In this document: positions 33,318 to 42,599 of the stretch, one piece after another
Layout of the letters: each line of letters begins with the position of its first letter
Numbering within the stretch: position 1 is the stretch's first letter
Origin: Thermoproteota archaeon
GTDB lineage: Archaea; Thermoproteota; Thermoprotei; Gearchaeales; Gearchaeaceae
Length of the DNA: 64,000 nt
Assembly: GCA_032249235.1 (NCBI GenBank)
Contig: JAVVGF010000001.1
Span: 416,001 to 480,000, forward strand
Direction: 5' to 3'
Notes under the pieces: generated by a model
What the model was told of the DNA's origin: nothing
Seen by the model: only the letters and a program-made list of their open reading frames with translations
Database searches by the model: none
Program-made: the position numbers and the translations under genes

Positions 33318-35951
33318 ATGTTTGGTATGAATAAGGAACGGGTACTATTTATCGCATGTCTTCTAGTTTCAATTATTTCATCTTTTGTAATCTTTTTACA
33401 ACTTTATAACGAGGCAACAGATCCTACATTAATAGGGAATCAAGGTTATGTTAGTGATGAAATTTGGTATGTTAATTCAGCTAGAAATATTTTTAGAGAT
33501 TTTTTTGGCTTAAATCCTACTTATGTAGATAAAGATGGATACGTTTATTATACAATTCTATTTACCAATGATTCTTCAAGATTCGCACAATTCGATAAAA
33601 TACTTAATTTCGTTCAAGAAAGAAAGGGTTCGATAGATCATGTATATCTAGCAATACCTGCAATTTCAATAAAATTACCAGCTAATGAAAAATTTGATCT
33701 TGAGTTAAATGGCGTAACTGCAATTGCAAAGGGATATCCATATCCTGATGTCAATGCGATTATGAGTTATTATAATCTTGAGCACCCTCCATTGGGTAAG
33801 TTCATTATAGGTATTTCCATTCTTCTTGTTGGGGATTATCCTTTAGCATGGCGATTGCCTTCTATAATAACGAGTGCATCATTGCCAATCATTATATTCT
33901 TTATAGTAAGAAGATTTTCTAATAATCTATTTGCTGCTTTATCCTCTTTATTTATTTTATTTGATGCTCTTTTATTTAATGAGGGCTTTTTAGCATTATT
34001 GGATGTTTATTTAGCATTTTTTATTTCGTTATCTTTATTATTTGCATTATATAAAAAATATCTTTTAAGTTCAATATTTATTGGTTTAGCAGCATCAATT
34101 AAAATCAGTGGAGCTTTTTTAGTTTTTGCGATTCTAATATATCTATCTTTTTATACAAATTATGATAGAAAAAGAATAATATTGCTTTCTTACATAATTC
34201 CTTTCTTTACATGGTTTTTAGTAAATGTTCCAATCATTTTAAAATTAGGAATAAAGAACTGGTTTCAAAGTGTTTTAGGTGCTTTAAGTTGGCATACGAC
34301 ATCAAGACCTGTAGGGCCTCCAACATCACTTCCCTGGGAATGGTTATATAACAAAAATCCCTTTTATTTCCATTTCAACCCCACTTATTCTGCTTCTGTA
34401 ACTGTTCCGATCTATATAATGACTTTCATTTTCCTAATATTTACTCCCTATTTAATAGCGAAGAAATCTCATGAGTTTTCATTGCCCTCTTTATGGTTAT
34501 TAGCAATGTTTCTAGGTTATTCAATTCTCCCTATTCTTGGTAACAACACATTATACAGTTTTTATGCATTTGCCTTAATTCCTATGGTATATTCAATATT
34601 TCCCGTGAATCTTCTGGAGATGTTGATTCCAAGTTTTAAACAGAACGCTTTAGATATGATAAAATATTATTCAGGATTTCTTTCAAAAAAATTTTCAAGC
34701 GATTGGTTTTCTCTGCGTTTCTTTTATGCACTAACGATGTTCGTAGGTTTTCTTTTACATTTGCCCTTTTCTGCGAATCCATTTGGATTCTCGCTATATA
34801 GCGATATCGTTTATTCCATTTATCCTAGATCAGGTATAGGAACAAATTATTTAGGTATTCCTTATATTGACTATCTTTATGAGTATCCTGTTCTCGATGG
34901 AATTTTAACATATATAGCTGCAGCTATTGCTTGGTCTTTACATCCAGCTTATGGTCCTTATATAAATCCGCAAGGTCAACTGACTTTCTATATAATTATC
35001 TCAATATTCAACTTTGTTGCAGGATATTTCCTAATAAAAGACATGTATGAGTTATCTAAGAAGACATATGCAGATTTTTCTCGAATATTACTTTTCCCTG
35101 CATTACCTACTTTATTAGTATACGGGATTTACAATTGGGATCTCATAACTATAGCTCTAGCTTTGCGTTCAATCAAATACTTTGTAGATAATAGATTTAT
35201 TCTAAGTTCTATAATGCTTTCATTAGCTATTATAGCCAAATTATATCCATTGTTGTTATTGTTTGTTTTAGCCAGGGAATTTATTGTGAATATTAATAAA
35301 CAATCGTTATTGAAGTTTTTCTCATATATTTCTCTTACTATTACTCTTGTTATATTATATAATTTGCCTTTCATGATAGTAAATTATAAGGTTTGGTACG
35401 ATAGTTTAATAAATTATCATATAAATTGGTATATTGAAGGATCATGGCTTGTTTTATTATATGGGAATCCATTTAATCATAATGCACAGATTTTGTCATT
35501 ATCTTTAGTTACTTTTTTTTATCTTTTAACTATATTTTTTACTCAAATTAAAAATTACGTAAATAGAGAATATAGAATAATTGAGTCATCATATTTAATA
35601 ATGGCTTTATCGATATTTTCAAGCTATATTCATACTCCTCAACAACAACTTTTATTTTTACCCTTATTATTATTACTTAGATCGATATCTTTAATAGTTA
35701 TATACATTATGGACTTTTTAAATGCTCTTGTCATATTGACTTGGTTTAAATATAAAGAAATAGGTTTATTGTTATTTGGCTATTATCCTCCAGACGAATT
35801 AGGTGGTTCTTTGTCATATTATGCTTTTCCAACTATGTGTGCAATAATAAGAGATTTTATAATGCTTGGCATTTCAATTTACATCTTACTAAAAAGTAGC
35901 TCGGGTGGGATTCGAACCCACGTCTTGGGGTCCAGAGCCCCAAAGGATTGA
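33318..35951 (+). CDS. Fused GT-C glycosyltransferases: PMT/GT39-like N-half plus GT87-like C-half
   Basis: YVSDEIWYV and EHPPLGK in the N-half; YSDI, EYPVL, NWD and KLYP in the C-half; about 20 TM helices. Confidence 0.8.
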   Translation: MFGMNKERVLFIACLLVSIISSFVIFLQLYNEATDPTLIGNQGYVSDEIWYVNSARNIFRDFFGLNPTYVDKDGYVYYTILFTNDSSRFAQFDKILNFVQERKGSIDHVYLAIPAISIKLPANEKFDLELNGVTAIAKGYPYPDVNAIMSYYNLEHPPLGKFIIGISILLVGDYPLAWRLPSIITSASLPIIIFFIVRRFSNNLFAALSSLFILFDALLFNEGFLALLDVYLAFFISLSLLFALYKKYLLSSIFIGLAASIKISGAFLVFAILIYLSFYTNYDRKRIILLSYIIPFFTWFLVNVPIILKLGIKNWFQSVLGALSWHTTSRPVGPPTSLPWEWLYNKNPFYFHFNPTYSASVTVPIYIMTFIFLIFTPYLIAKKSHEFSLPSLWLLAMFLGYSILPILGNNTLYSFYAFALIPMVYSIFPVNLLEMLIPSFKQNALDMIKYYSGFLSKKFSSDWFSLRFFYALTMFVGFLLHLPFSANPFGFSLYSDIVYSIYPRSGIGTNYLGIPYIDYLYEYPVLDGILTYIAAAIAWSLHPAYGPYINPQGQLTFYIIISIFNFVAGYFLIKDMYELSKKTYADFSRILLFPALPTLLVYGIYNWDLITIALALRSIKYFVDNRFILSSIMLSLAIIAKLYPLLLLFVLAREFIVNINKQSLLKFFSYISLTITLVILYNLPFMIVNYKVWYDSLINYHINWYIEGSWLVLLYGNPFNHNAQILSLSLVTFFYLLTIFFTQIKNYVNREYRIIESSYLIMALSIFSSYIHTPQQQLLFLPLLLLLRSISLIVIYIMDFLNALVILTWFKYKEIGLLLFGYYPPDELGGSLSYYAFPTMCAIIRDFIMLGISIYILLKSSSGGIRTHVLGSRAPKD

Positions 35952-35969
35952 CCGCTACCCCACCGAGCT
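35897..35969 (-). tRNA. tRNA-Gln (CTG), no intron, CCA not encoded
   Basis: AGCTCGG TG GGGT AGCGGTCA ATCC TT TGGGG CTCTGGA CCCCA AGAC GTGGG TTCGAAT CCCAC CCGAGCT A; the A1:U72 pair is typical of archaeal tRNA-Gln. Confidence 0.96.
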
Positions 35970-35981
35970 AATTATTTAATG

Positions 35982-36794
35982 CTATTTCTTTCTTATAGAT
36001 TTTAACCTATTCCTATTCGCAAATATCACAAGAGCCAAAATGATGCCTGTGAATGCTATTGTATAATAAAGGTTTTTAGTGCTCGTGTTGTTAGCATGTT
36101 CATTTATAGCTTTCATTAATATTGCATATAAAACAGAAGCTGTATAGCTCATTATTTGAGATATGAATTTTGAGTAACTGTCATCTCTTATGCTTTTAGC
36201 TAAAGCTGTTTTGTTTAAATTATTTGAAAGTTCAACAGCTTTAATTCCGATGCTTGCTAATGTCTTTGCTATATTTGTCACCGTGATATTTTTGCTAATT
36301 ATTACGTTATTAACATCATTTTCTAAAATAAGACTTTCAAACTTCTGGGCAAGTGTAACATTCTTTAAATTGTTAGTTCTAAATGGGTCTGATAAGTAAA
36401 TTACATAGCTCACAAGTTTTCCAAATTCGACGACAGCACTCTTAATATCGCCGTTATCTAGCTGTTTTATTAAATTGTTATAAGCCAAAACTGAATTATC
36501 GATCAATGGACCTGTAGCATTATCAGGGCTATAAAATAATGTAACGTTTTCATTCCTCGCAAGTGATATTCCAACATTTATACCTGTTGAATACGAATTG
36601 AAGCTATAATACCAATTATAAGGTAGTTCTTGGATGACTTTAAGAGCTAATTTGCTGTCGAAAGTAGCTGTATAGCCTTCTACATTAGGAATTGTAGCAT
36701 TGCTCAAGATTAAAATCATTGTTATCATGCATAATACTATAATTCCTTTCATTTTAGGCAACATAACATGAATAACCTTTTTAAGTTTTTTCAT
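35982..36794 (-). CDS. Secreted membrane-anchored protein, possibly a degenerate Zn-dependent phospholipase C/S1-P1-like fold
   Basis: Signal peptide, C-terminal TM with basic tail, FGKLVSYVIYLSDPFRT; start probably at 36764 or 36752. Confidence 0.55.
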   Translation of the reverse strand: MKKLKKVIHVMLPKMKGIIVLCMITMILILSNATIPNVEGYTATFDSKLALKVIQELPYNWYYSFNSYSTGINVGISLARNENVTLFYSPDNATGPLIDNSVLAYNNLIKQLDNGDIKSAVVEFGKLVSYVIYLSDPFRTNNLKNVTLAQKFESLILENDVNNVIISKNITVTNIAKTLASIGIKAVELSNNLNKTALAKSIRDDSYSKFISQIMSYTASVLYAILMKAINEHANNTSTKNLYYTIAFTGIILALVIFANRNRLKSIRKK

Positions 36795-36893
36795 TTATAA
36801 AGCTTTTCTATTAGCTAAAAATTTGATGATGAATTTTCATGATAGACCGAAAAATTTATATATTAGATGGAGTAGAAATAAAGGTGCTCTGCT

Positions 36894-37853
36894 ATGTCTA
36901 AAACCTCTATTAAAAAGGATATTGAAATTGTTTCTGCCGAACCTGAAGCATGCCCCTATTGTGGTAGTAGAAGGTTATTTTTCAGCTATGATAGAGGAGA
37001 AATTGCCTGCGTTGACTGTGGTTCTGTTGTATCCATAAATAGATTAGATAGAGGGCCTGATTGGAGAGCTTTCACTGCAGAAGAAAAGGAAAGAAGAAGC
37101 AGAACAGGTCCTCCAGTTAAACCTTCATTAGTAACACCTTCAGCAACCTCTGCTACTATTGACTGGAGCGGTAAAGATGCTTTTGGAAGGAAGCTCAGTA
37201 CAAAGCAAAGATTCGACATGATAAGATTAAGGAAATGGCATAAAGTTAGCATTAGTTCAAGTGTTGAAAGGAATCTTGTCCAAGCTGTTGAAGAATTAGA
37301 TAGATTAGCTAGCAAAATTGGATTACCTACAAATGTAAGAGATGAAGCCTTCTTAATCTATAAAACTGCAATAAATAAAGGTTTGGTGAAAGGAAGGTCA
37401 ATAAGTAGCGTTGTTGCAGCAGCTCTATATGCTGCATGCAGAAGGCTAAAGATACCTATAACTTTAGATGAATTTGCAAAGTATACAGAAGTAAGTGATA
37501 GAAAAGATATTGCAAGATGCTATAGATTTCTCATTAAAGATGCAAATATCAAAGTAGATATTGCAGACCCAATCGATTTCATCGAAAGATTAATTCATAT
37601 GCTAAATATCAAGCCAACTGTTTATCCGATGGCTAAAGACATCATAATGAAGGCAAAAGAAAGAGGGCTAACAGCAGGTAAAGATCCTGCAGGATTGGCT
37701 GCTGCAGCTGTCTATATTGCTGCTACATTACAAGGAGAAAAGATCACGCAAAAAGATGTAGCTAAGGCTGCAAATGTTACTGAAGTAACGGTAAGGAATA
37801 GATTCAAGGAGTTAATGTCTAAGTTAAACATAACAGGCATACCTGCTGAATAA
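36894..37853 (+). CDS. tfb: Transcription initiation factor IIB
   Basis: CPYC...CVDC Zn ribbon, GPDWRAF B-reader, two cyclin repeats, VTEVTVRNRFKEL. Confidence 0.97.
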   Translation: MSKTSIKKDIEIVSAEPEACPYCGSRRLFFSYDRGEIACVDCGSVVSINRLDRGPDWRAFTAEEKERRSRTGPPVKPSLVTPSATSATIDWSGKDAFGRKLSTKQRFDMIRLRKWHKVSISSSVERNLVQAVEELDRLASKIGLPTNVRDEAFLIYKTAINKGLVKGRSISSVVAAALYAACRRLKIPITLDEFAKYTEVSDRKDIARCYRFLIKDANIKVDIADPIDFIERLIHMLNIKPTVYPMAKDIIMKAKERGLTAGKDPAGLAAAAVYIAATLQGEKITQKDVAKAANVTEVTVRNRFKELMSKLNITGIPAE

Positions 37854-37854
37854 T

Positions 37855-38502
37855 ATGCATAGAATTTCTACAAAAGAGAAGGCTATCATCCTTGCAAAAG
37901 AGCTTACAAGAGGTATTGAAAGATTACAACTTCCTTATTCTACATTGAATGAAGCACTATCAATGGCTCAAGAAATAATAGGAAAAAAGTTAGGAAGAAA
38001 ATTTTCTCCTAAGGCTTTTGCAGCTTCAATTCTTTATATAGCCTGCAAAGAACAAGGTTATCCTATTTTATTTAAAGAAGTTTGTTATGCAATGGGTCTG
38101 AATAAAAAGGAAATTAAAAGAACACTATTAGTATACTCTACCATTGTTCAAAAGTTCAGAAAAACCTCAAAACCTTCAGTTAATAAGTATGTAGAACGTT
38201 TAGTAGATTTATTAGGTTTAAATGAAAGAATTAAGGAGAAGGCAATAGAGATTGTTGAAGAGGCTAAAAATAGAGGATTGGTAGCAGGTAGAAATCCTGT
38301 CAGCATTGCTGCAGCAGCCGTATATTATGCCAGTAAAAAGTTAAAAGTCGCAATAACTCAAAAAGAAATAGCTGCGAAAGCTTTCATAACTGAAGCCACT
38401 CTAAGAAATCGTTATAAGGAACTCAAGCAACTATTGGGCGATTCAGAATTACATAAACACAAATTTAGAGAAAGTGAAATTATTTTAAAGAAAACAAACT
38501 AA
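37855..38502 (+). CDS. TFB core-domain paralog lacking Zn ribbon and B-reader
   Basis: Two cyclin repeats (AASILYIAC; GRNPVSIAAAAVY) and TQKEIA...ITEATLRNRYKEL helix-turn-helix. Confidence 0.85.
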   Translation: MHRISTKEKAIILAKELTRGIERLQLPYSTLNEALSMAQEIIGKKLGRKFSPKAFAASILYIACKEQGYPILFKEVCYAMGLNKKEIKRTLLVYSTIVQKFRKTSKPSVNKYVERLVDLLGLNERIKEKAIEIVEEAKNRGLVAGRNPVSIAAAAVYYASKKLKVAITQKEIAAKAFITEATLRNRYKELKQLLGDSELHKHKFRESEIILKKTN

Positions 38503-38529
38503 TTTTAATTTAAAATTTTTATATTATCA

Positions 38530-39048
38530 ATGCCAGTTGAGAGAGCACTATACATTGGTAGGTTTCAACCTTTCCATAATGGACATTACAACGCTTTGAA
38601 GTGGATTCTGAGCCAATTTGATGAAGTAGTCTTAGCTATAGGTTCAGCGCAATATAGCCATACAAAAGAGAATCCTATGACTGTAGGAGAGAGAATTGAA
38701 TGCATTTGGAATCAATTAAGATATGATAACCTTTTACATAGGGTTATAATAACAGCTGTTCCAGACGTAGGAATTCATAGTCAATGGGTTGCAGTCGTTA
38801 AACAATATTGCCCAGAATTTAAAGTTGTTTTTTCTAATGATAATCTGACAAGATTGCTTTTTATAGAAAACGGTTATGATGTAAGAAGCATACCTTTTTT
38901 TGATAGAGATAAATATGAGGCGACAAAAATACGAGAAGCTATCTACAAAGGATTAGAATGGGAGAAATATGTACCTTTTAAAATAGCAGAATATATAAAA
39001 ATCAAAAAGATAGATGAGAGAATAAAATCTATATTTTCAAACTCCTGA
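38530..39048 (+). CDS. nadM: Nicotinamide-nucleotide adenylyltransferase
   Basis: GRFQPFHNGH, IGSAQYSHT.ENPMT.GER, ATKIR. Confidence 0.93.
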   Translation: MPVERALYIGRFQPFHNGHYNALKWILSQFDEVVLAIGSAQYSHTKENPMTVGERIECIWNQLRYDNLLHRVIITAVPDVGIHSQWVAVVKQYCPEFKVVFSNDNLTRLLFIENGYDVRSIPFFDRDKYEATKIREAIYKGLEWEKYVPFKIAEYIKIKKIDERIKSIFSNS

Positions 39049-39723
39049 TATTAATCTCAAAATTTCGTTTTTTACAAATGAAAAGAAATCTTCTATAGAA
39101 ATTTTATCAAAATGTACAACGATTCCATTTCTCGTTAAACCAACGGTTTTTCCAGTTGTTTTAGATACATACACTAAATACCAAATCTTTCCATGCTTTA
39201 AATACTCCTGATAAAGCTCAGTATCAGCAAGTTTTTCGCCATATAGCGAGAGTTTTTCTATTGAAGGTATATCTACGTCGTCGAAGAAAATCACTTTAGT
39301 ATTCTCTTTATTTTCTTCATGGTATTTTAACATTATTGAAGGTTCTATTCTAGCTTCAACTATTTTACCAGTTTTTATGAACAATAGCTTACTCAATTCA
39401 TTTGCTATGAAATTAGCCATTCTTTTCTTTTCGAAAATTATTAGAAATAGTTTCGTTTCTTGAATGAACTTGAAATTTGTCTCAAAAGTCCTTATTACAG
39501 GATTCTTAAAGCCACGTTGATTGACATAGATTACCATATCTTTGATGAAAATTCCTTCAAGTACATTTTCTTTTAAAGATAAATTCTCTATTTTAGTTTC
39601 TAATTTAAGAGCTTTTCCTTCATGCTCTTCCATTTTTTCTATTTTATAATCTTTCAATTTCCTTCTAATTTCATCAAGCGTAGTATCTTCATTCACTAAA
39701 AAGATTTTCGCCGAAACTACCAT
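39037..39723 (-). CDS. Conserved hypothetical alpha/beta protein
   Basis: 228 aa with genome-typical composition; head-to-head with the SMC-like gene. Confidence 0.7.
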   Translation of the reverse strand: MVVSAKIFLVNEDTTLDEIRRKLKDYKIEKMEEHEGKALKLETKIENLSLKENVLEGIFIKDMVIYVNQRGFKNPVIRTFETNFKFIQETKLFLIIFEKKRMANFIANELSKLLFIKTGKIVEARIEPSIMLKYHEENKENTKVIFFDDVDIPSIEKLSLYGEKLADTELYQEYLKHGKIWYLVYVSKTTGKTVGLTRNGIVVHFDKISIEDFFSFVKNEILRLISGV

Positions 39724-39763
39724 TGGTTAATTTTATTTGTTTATTCAAATATTTTTAATAGAA

Positions 39764-41458
39764 TTGAGCACATATATTAAAGAAATAATATTGGAAAATT
39801 TTCTTTCGCATCGCTATTCAAGAATACCTCTTAGTAAAGGTGTAAATTTGATAACAGGGCCCAATGGTAGTGGAAAATCGAGCATATTACTTGGCATATC
39901 TGTTGCACTAGGCCAAACTTATACTGAAAGATCAAGAAAACTTTCAGATCTGATTTATTTTGGCGAAGAAGTAGCAAGAGTAAGTTTGATAATGGATAAT
40001 ACACCTAAGGATGGTAAGAGACCGTTTCCTTCATCAAGCCTTAATCAAGTTTTGGTAACACGAATAATTAGAAAAGACGGGACTTACTGGTTTGAGTTTA
40101 ATCAAGAAATAATTGAGAAGTATCAGTTGCAAAGAATGCTGAAAAGATTAGGAGTAAATCCTGATAATGAAATGATAATAATGCATCAGCATATGATTGA
40201 GGAGTTCATTGCTAAGGATCCTATTGAGAGATTAAGATTATTTGAAGAAGCACTAGGCATTGGAGATTATAGAAAACATGTATTAAATTCTTTATCGAAA
40301 TTAGAAGAAATAGAAAAAGGTGCAAAGAGTATACATCAATCTCTACAAAGTGCAGAAGTTAATTTGAAATATTGGAAGAATTTATATCAAAAATATGAGA
40401 GAAAAATTAAATTAATTGAACAAATATCACGATTAAAAAATGAACTTTTCTGGTCAAAATATAATGAGATTAAAAATAAACTTCAGAAAATAAAATATGA
40501 AATAGATTTAAAAACAAACGAAAAAAATAAGATTGAAAGCTATGTATATGAATTAAAAGTTAAGATAAAAAATTTTTCAGACTATTTAAAAAATAAACTT
40601 AAAAGCAACTATATCCTTGATGAATTATTGCTTGATATTGAGAAATATTCTGACATGAAAGCAAATCTTGCAATTAACTTATTTAAGATACAGCTTCTGG
40701 AAGAAGAAGTAAATTCTAGGCTACCTATACTAAAGGAGTTAGAAGAAGAATTTGCAAAGATAGAAAAAAAGAAGAAAGGAGAATATGTAGAAACTAAAAA
40801 GAGTTCTCAAGAAATAGAAGAAGAAATAAGGGATCTTCAAGCTGAATTGAAAACATTGGAAGACATAAGTGAAGAAGTGCCTTTGAGATATAAAGAATAT
40901 TTACAAATATACGAGGATACTAAGAACAAATCTAAAGAAATTGAGGAGAATAAAGAAAAAACAAAGGAGGAGCTTAAAGTACGCACAGAAACTTGGAGAA
41001 AAATCATTACAGAAAGTGTGAGTAAAGTCAATGAAATCTTTCAAAATATACTTTCTAAGGTTGATGGCATAGGTTATTTATCATTAAGCAACTTAGAAGA
41101 TATCAATAAATCTTCTTTAGATATTAGCGTGGGATTTAAAGGAACTTCGCCAGTTACGCTAAGCAGCTTATTGCAAAGCGGAGGAGAGAAAACAGTAGCT
41201 GTGATGGCTTTCTTACTTGCATGTCAGCAATACATGAAATCAAGCATAAGGGCAGTAGATGAGTTCGATGTTCATATGGATCCCTTAAATAAAGAGAGAA
41301 TATCCATTTTGCTTTCTTCCTTACCTAAAGATAATCCTGAAGTACAATACATATTCATAACTCCTGATCCTATGATAAAGTATTTTAAAGATTCAAATAT
41401 CATAATTGTTACAAAACAAGAAGGTTCAAGCAATATAAGCAGAGTTATTCAAGATTGA
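39764..41458 (+). CDS. Short SMC-family ATPase, coalescin (ClsN)/Smc5/6-like
   Basis: GPNGSGKSS Walker A, short coiled coil, QSGGEK signature, RAVDEFDVHMD Walker B/D-loop; start set to TTG 39764 (ORF track gives 39737). Confidence 0.88.
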   Translation: MSTYIKEIILENFLSHRYSRIPLSKGVNLITGPNGSGKSSILLGISVALGQTYTERSRKLSDLIYFGEEVARVSLIMDNTPKDGKRPFPSSSLNQVLVTRIIRKDGTYWFEFNQEIIEKYQLQRMLKRLGVNPDNEMIIMHQHMIEEFIAKDPIERLRLFEEALGIGDYRKHVLNSLSKLEEIEKGAKSIHQSLQSAEVNLKYWKNLYQKYERKIKLIEQISRLKNELFWSKYNEIKNKLQKIKYEIDLKTNEKNKIESYVYELKVKIKNFSDYLKNKLKSNYILDELLLDIEKYSDMKANLAINLFKIQLLEEEVNSRLPILKELEEEFAKIEKKKKGEYVETKKSSQEIEEEIRDLQAELKTLEDISEEVPLRYKEYLQIYEDTKNKSKEIEENKEKTKEELKVRTETWRKIITESVSKVNEIFQNILSKVDGIGYLSLSNLEDINKSSLDISVGFKGTSPVTLSSLLQSGGEKTVAVMAFLLACQQYMKSSIRAVDEFDVHMDPLNKERISILLSSLPKDNPEVQYIFITPDPMIKYFKDSNIIIVTKQEGSSNISRVIQD

Positions 41459-42324
41459 AATGATCTCATTATATCTCTGAATTTCTTCATTCTTTCAATA
41501 TAATTATCTATTTTCACAGAACCGAAGTATGCAATTATATGATCGACATTAAGCCTGTAGTATTTTTCCAAATCCTCTGTGATATCCCTTATTGAACCGC
41601 TTAGATAGTAACTTTGATCAGTCTTGACTATTCTCAAACCATGCGTTACTTCAGGTAAAATACCTATTCTTAAGAACACCATTTTTCTTGTATCGCTTAC
41701 TTTTCTTAATAATGATATCTTTTTCTCTAATATTGAGGGAGAAAGAGCTACAGGATTCCATCCGTCTCCTAATTTAACTGCTCTTATAATTGCTCTTTTC
41801 GAATTACCGCCTATAAGTATTCTAGGTCCCCCTTTTTGCAAGGGTTTGGGTTCGAAATAATACTCGATTTCTTTTTCATTCTTTTGTTTTATTGTTCCTT
41901 CACTCCATAACTTCTTCATAAAAATTATATATTCATCCATTTTCTTGCCTCTTTCTTTAAAGTCTTTTTTTAAAAAGTCAAATTCTTCTTTAAGCCACCC
42001 AGCACCTAAGCCAACGATAAGCCTTCCATTGCTTAATTGATCAAGCGTTGCAAGTTGCTTTGCTACCAAAACAGGTTCTCTCAAAGGAAGAACAAGGATT
42101 GAAGTACCTAATTTCAGATTTTCTGTTTTGGCTGCTAAATAAGATAGTGTAATAAGTGATTCATAAATGTATCCATATGTTTTACCTTGGTAAACTGGAG
42201 TTATTATATGGTCAGAAACCCAAATTGAATCGTATTCAAGTTTTTCTGCTTCTTCTGCTATTTTATTGATTGATTCTTTATTTGCATATTCATCATGATG
42301 AAGTGATGCTACACCGAATTTCAC
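41449..42324 (-). CDS. LLM-class F420/flavin-dependent oxidoreductase
   Basis: SIWVSDH, LGTSILVLPLREP..AKQLATLDQLS.GR, GAGWLKEEF. Confidence 0.9.
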   Translation of the reverse strand: MKFGVASLHHDEYANKESINKIAEEAEKLEYDSIWVSDHIITPVYQGKTYGYIYESLITLSYLAAKTENLKLGTSILVLPLREPVLVAKQLATLDQLSNGRLIVGLGAGWLKEEFDFLKKDFKERGKKMDEYIIFMKKLWSEGTIKQKNEKEIEYYFEPKPLQKGGPRILIGGNSKRAIIRAVKLGDGWNPVALSPSILEKKISLLRKVSDTRKMVFLRIGILPEVTHGLRIVKTDQSYYLSGSIRDITEDLEKYYRLNVDHIIAYFGSVKIDNYIERMKKFRDIMRSFQS

Positions 42325-42400
42325 AACTTAAAACATTAGCTTATTAAAAATAAATCTTAAATGGAAAAATTTTTTAAGTAGTATAAGTAATGTAGGCAAA

Positions 42401-42598
42401 ATGAGAAGAGTTTGTCCTAGTTGCAGGAGAAGATTAAAAGCGAGTTATTATCAAATACATATTGCGGCTTGTAGAACACCTCCGCCTGCTCATATAATGA
42501 TAAGTAGCAAAGGTCCTAGAACGTTTATATGCAGGAAATGCGGTGCTAGAATTCAAGGAAGAAAGAACTATAGAAGGCATATGAAAGAAGCTCATTAG
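42401..42598 (+). CDS. Small basic tandem zinc-finger protein (C2HC + C2H2)
   Basis: CPSC-x11-HIAAC and FICRKC-x12-HMKEAH; TATA-like TTTAAG about 25 nt upstream. Confidence 0.75.
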   Translation: MRRVCPSCRRRLKASYYQIHIAACRTPPPAHIMISSKGPRTFICRKCGARIQGRKNYRRHMKEAH

Positions 42599-42599
42599 C

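Noticed and set aside
35897-35969. tRNA as an integration site for a provirus or island
   Set aside because: No integrase and no duplicated tRNA fragment noticed; the flanking genes are cellular
39764-41458. SMC-like ATPase as Rad50 or as a Wadjet/Lamassu defence component
   Set aside because: No CxxC zinc hook, no adjacent mre11/nurA/herA and no adjacent nuclease effector; the motifs fit an SMC/ClsN-type head better
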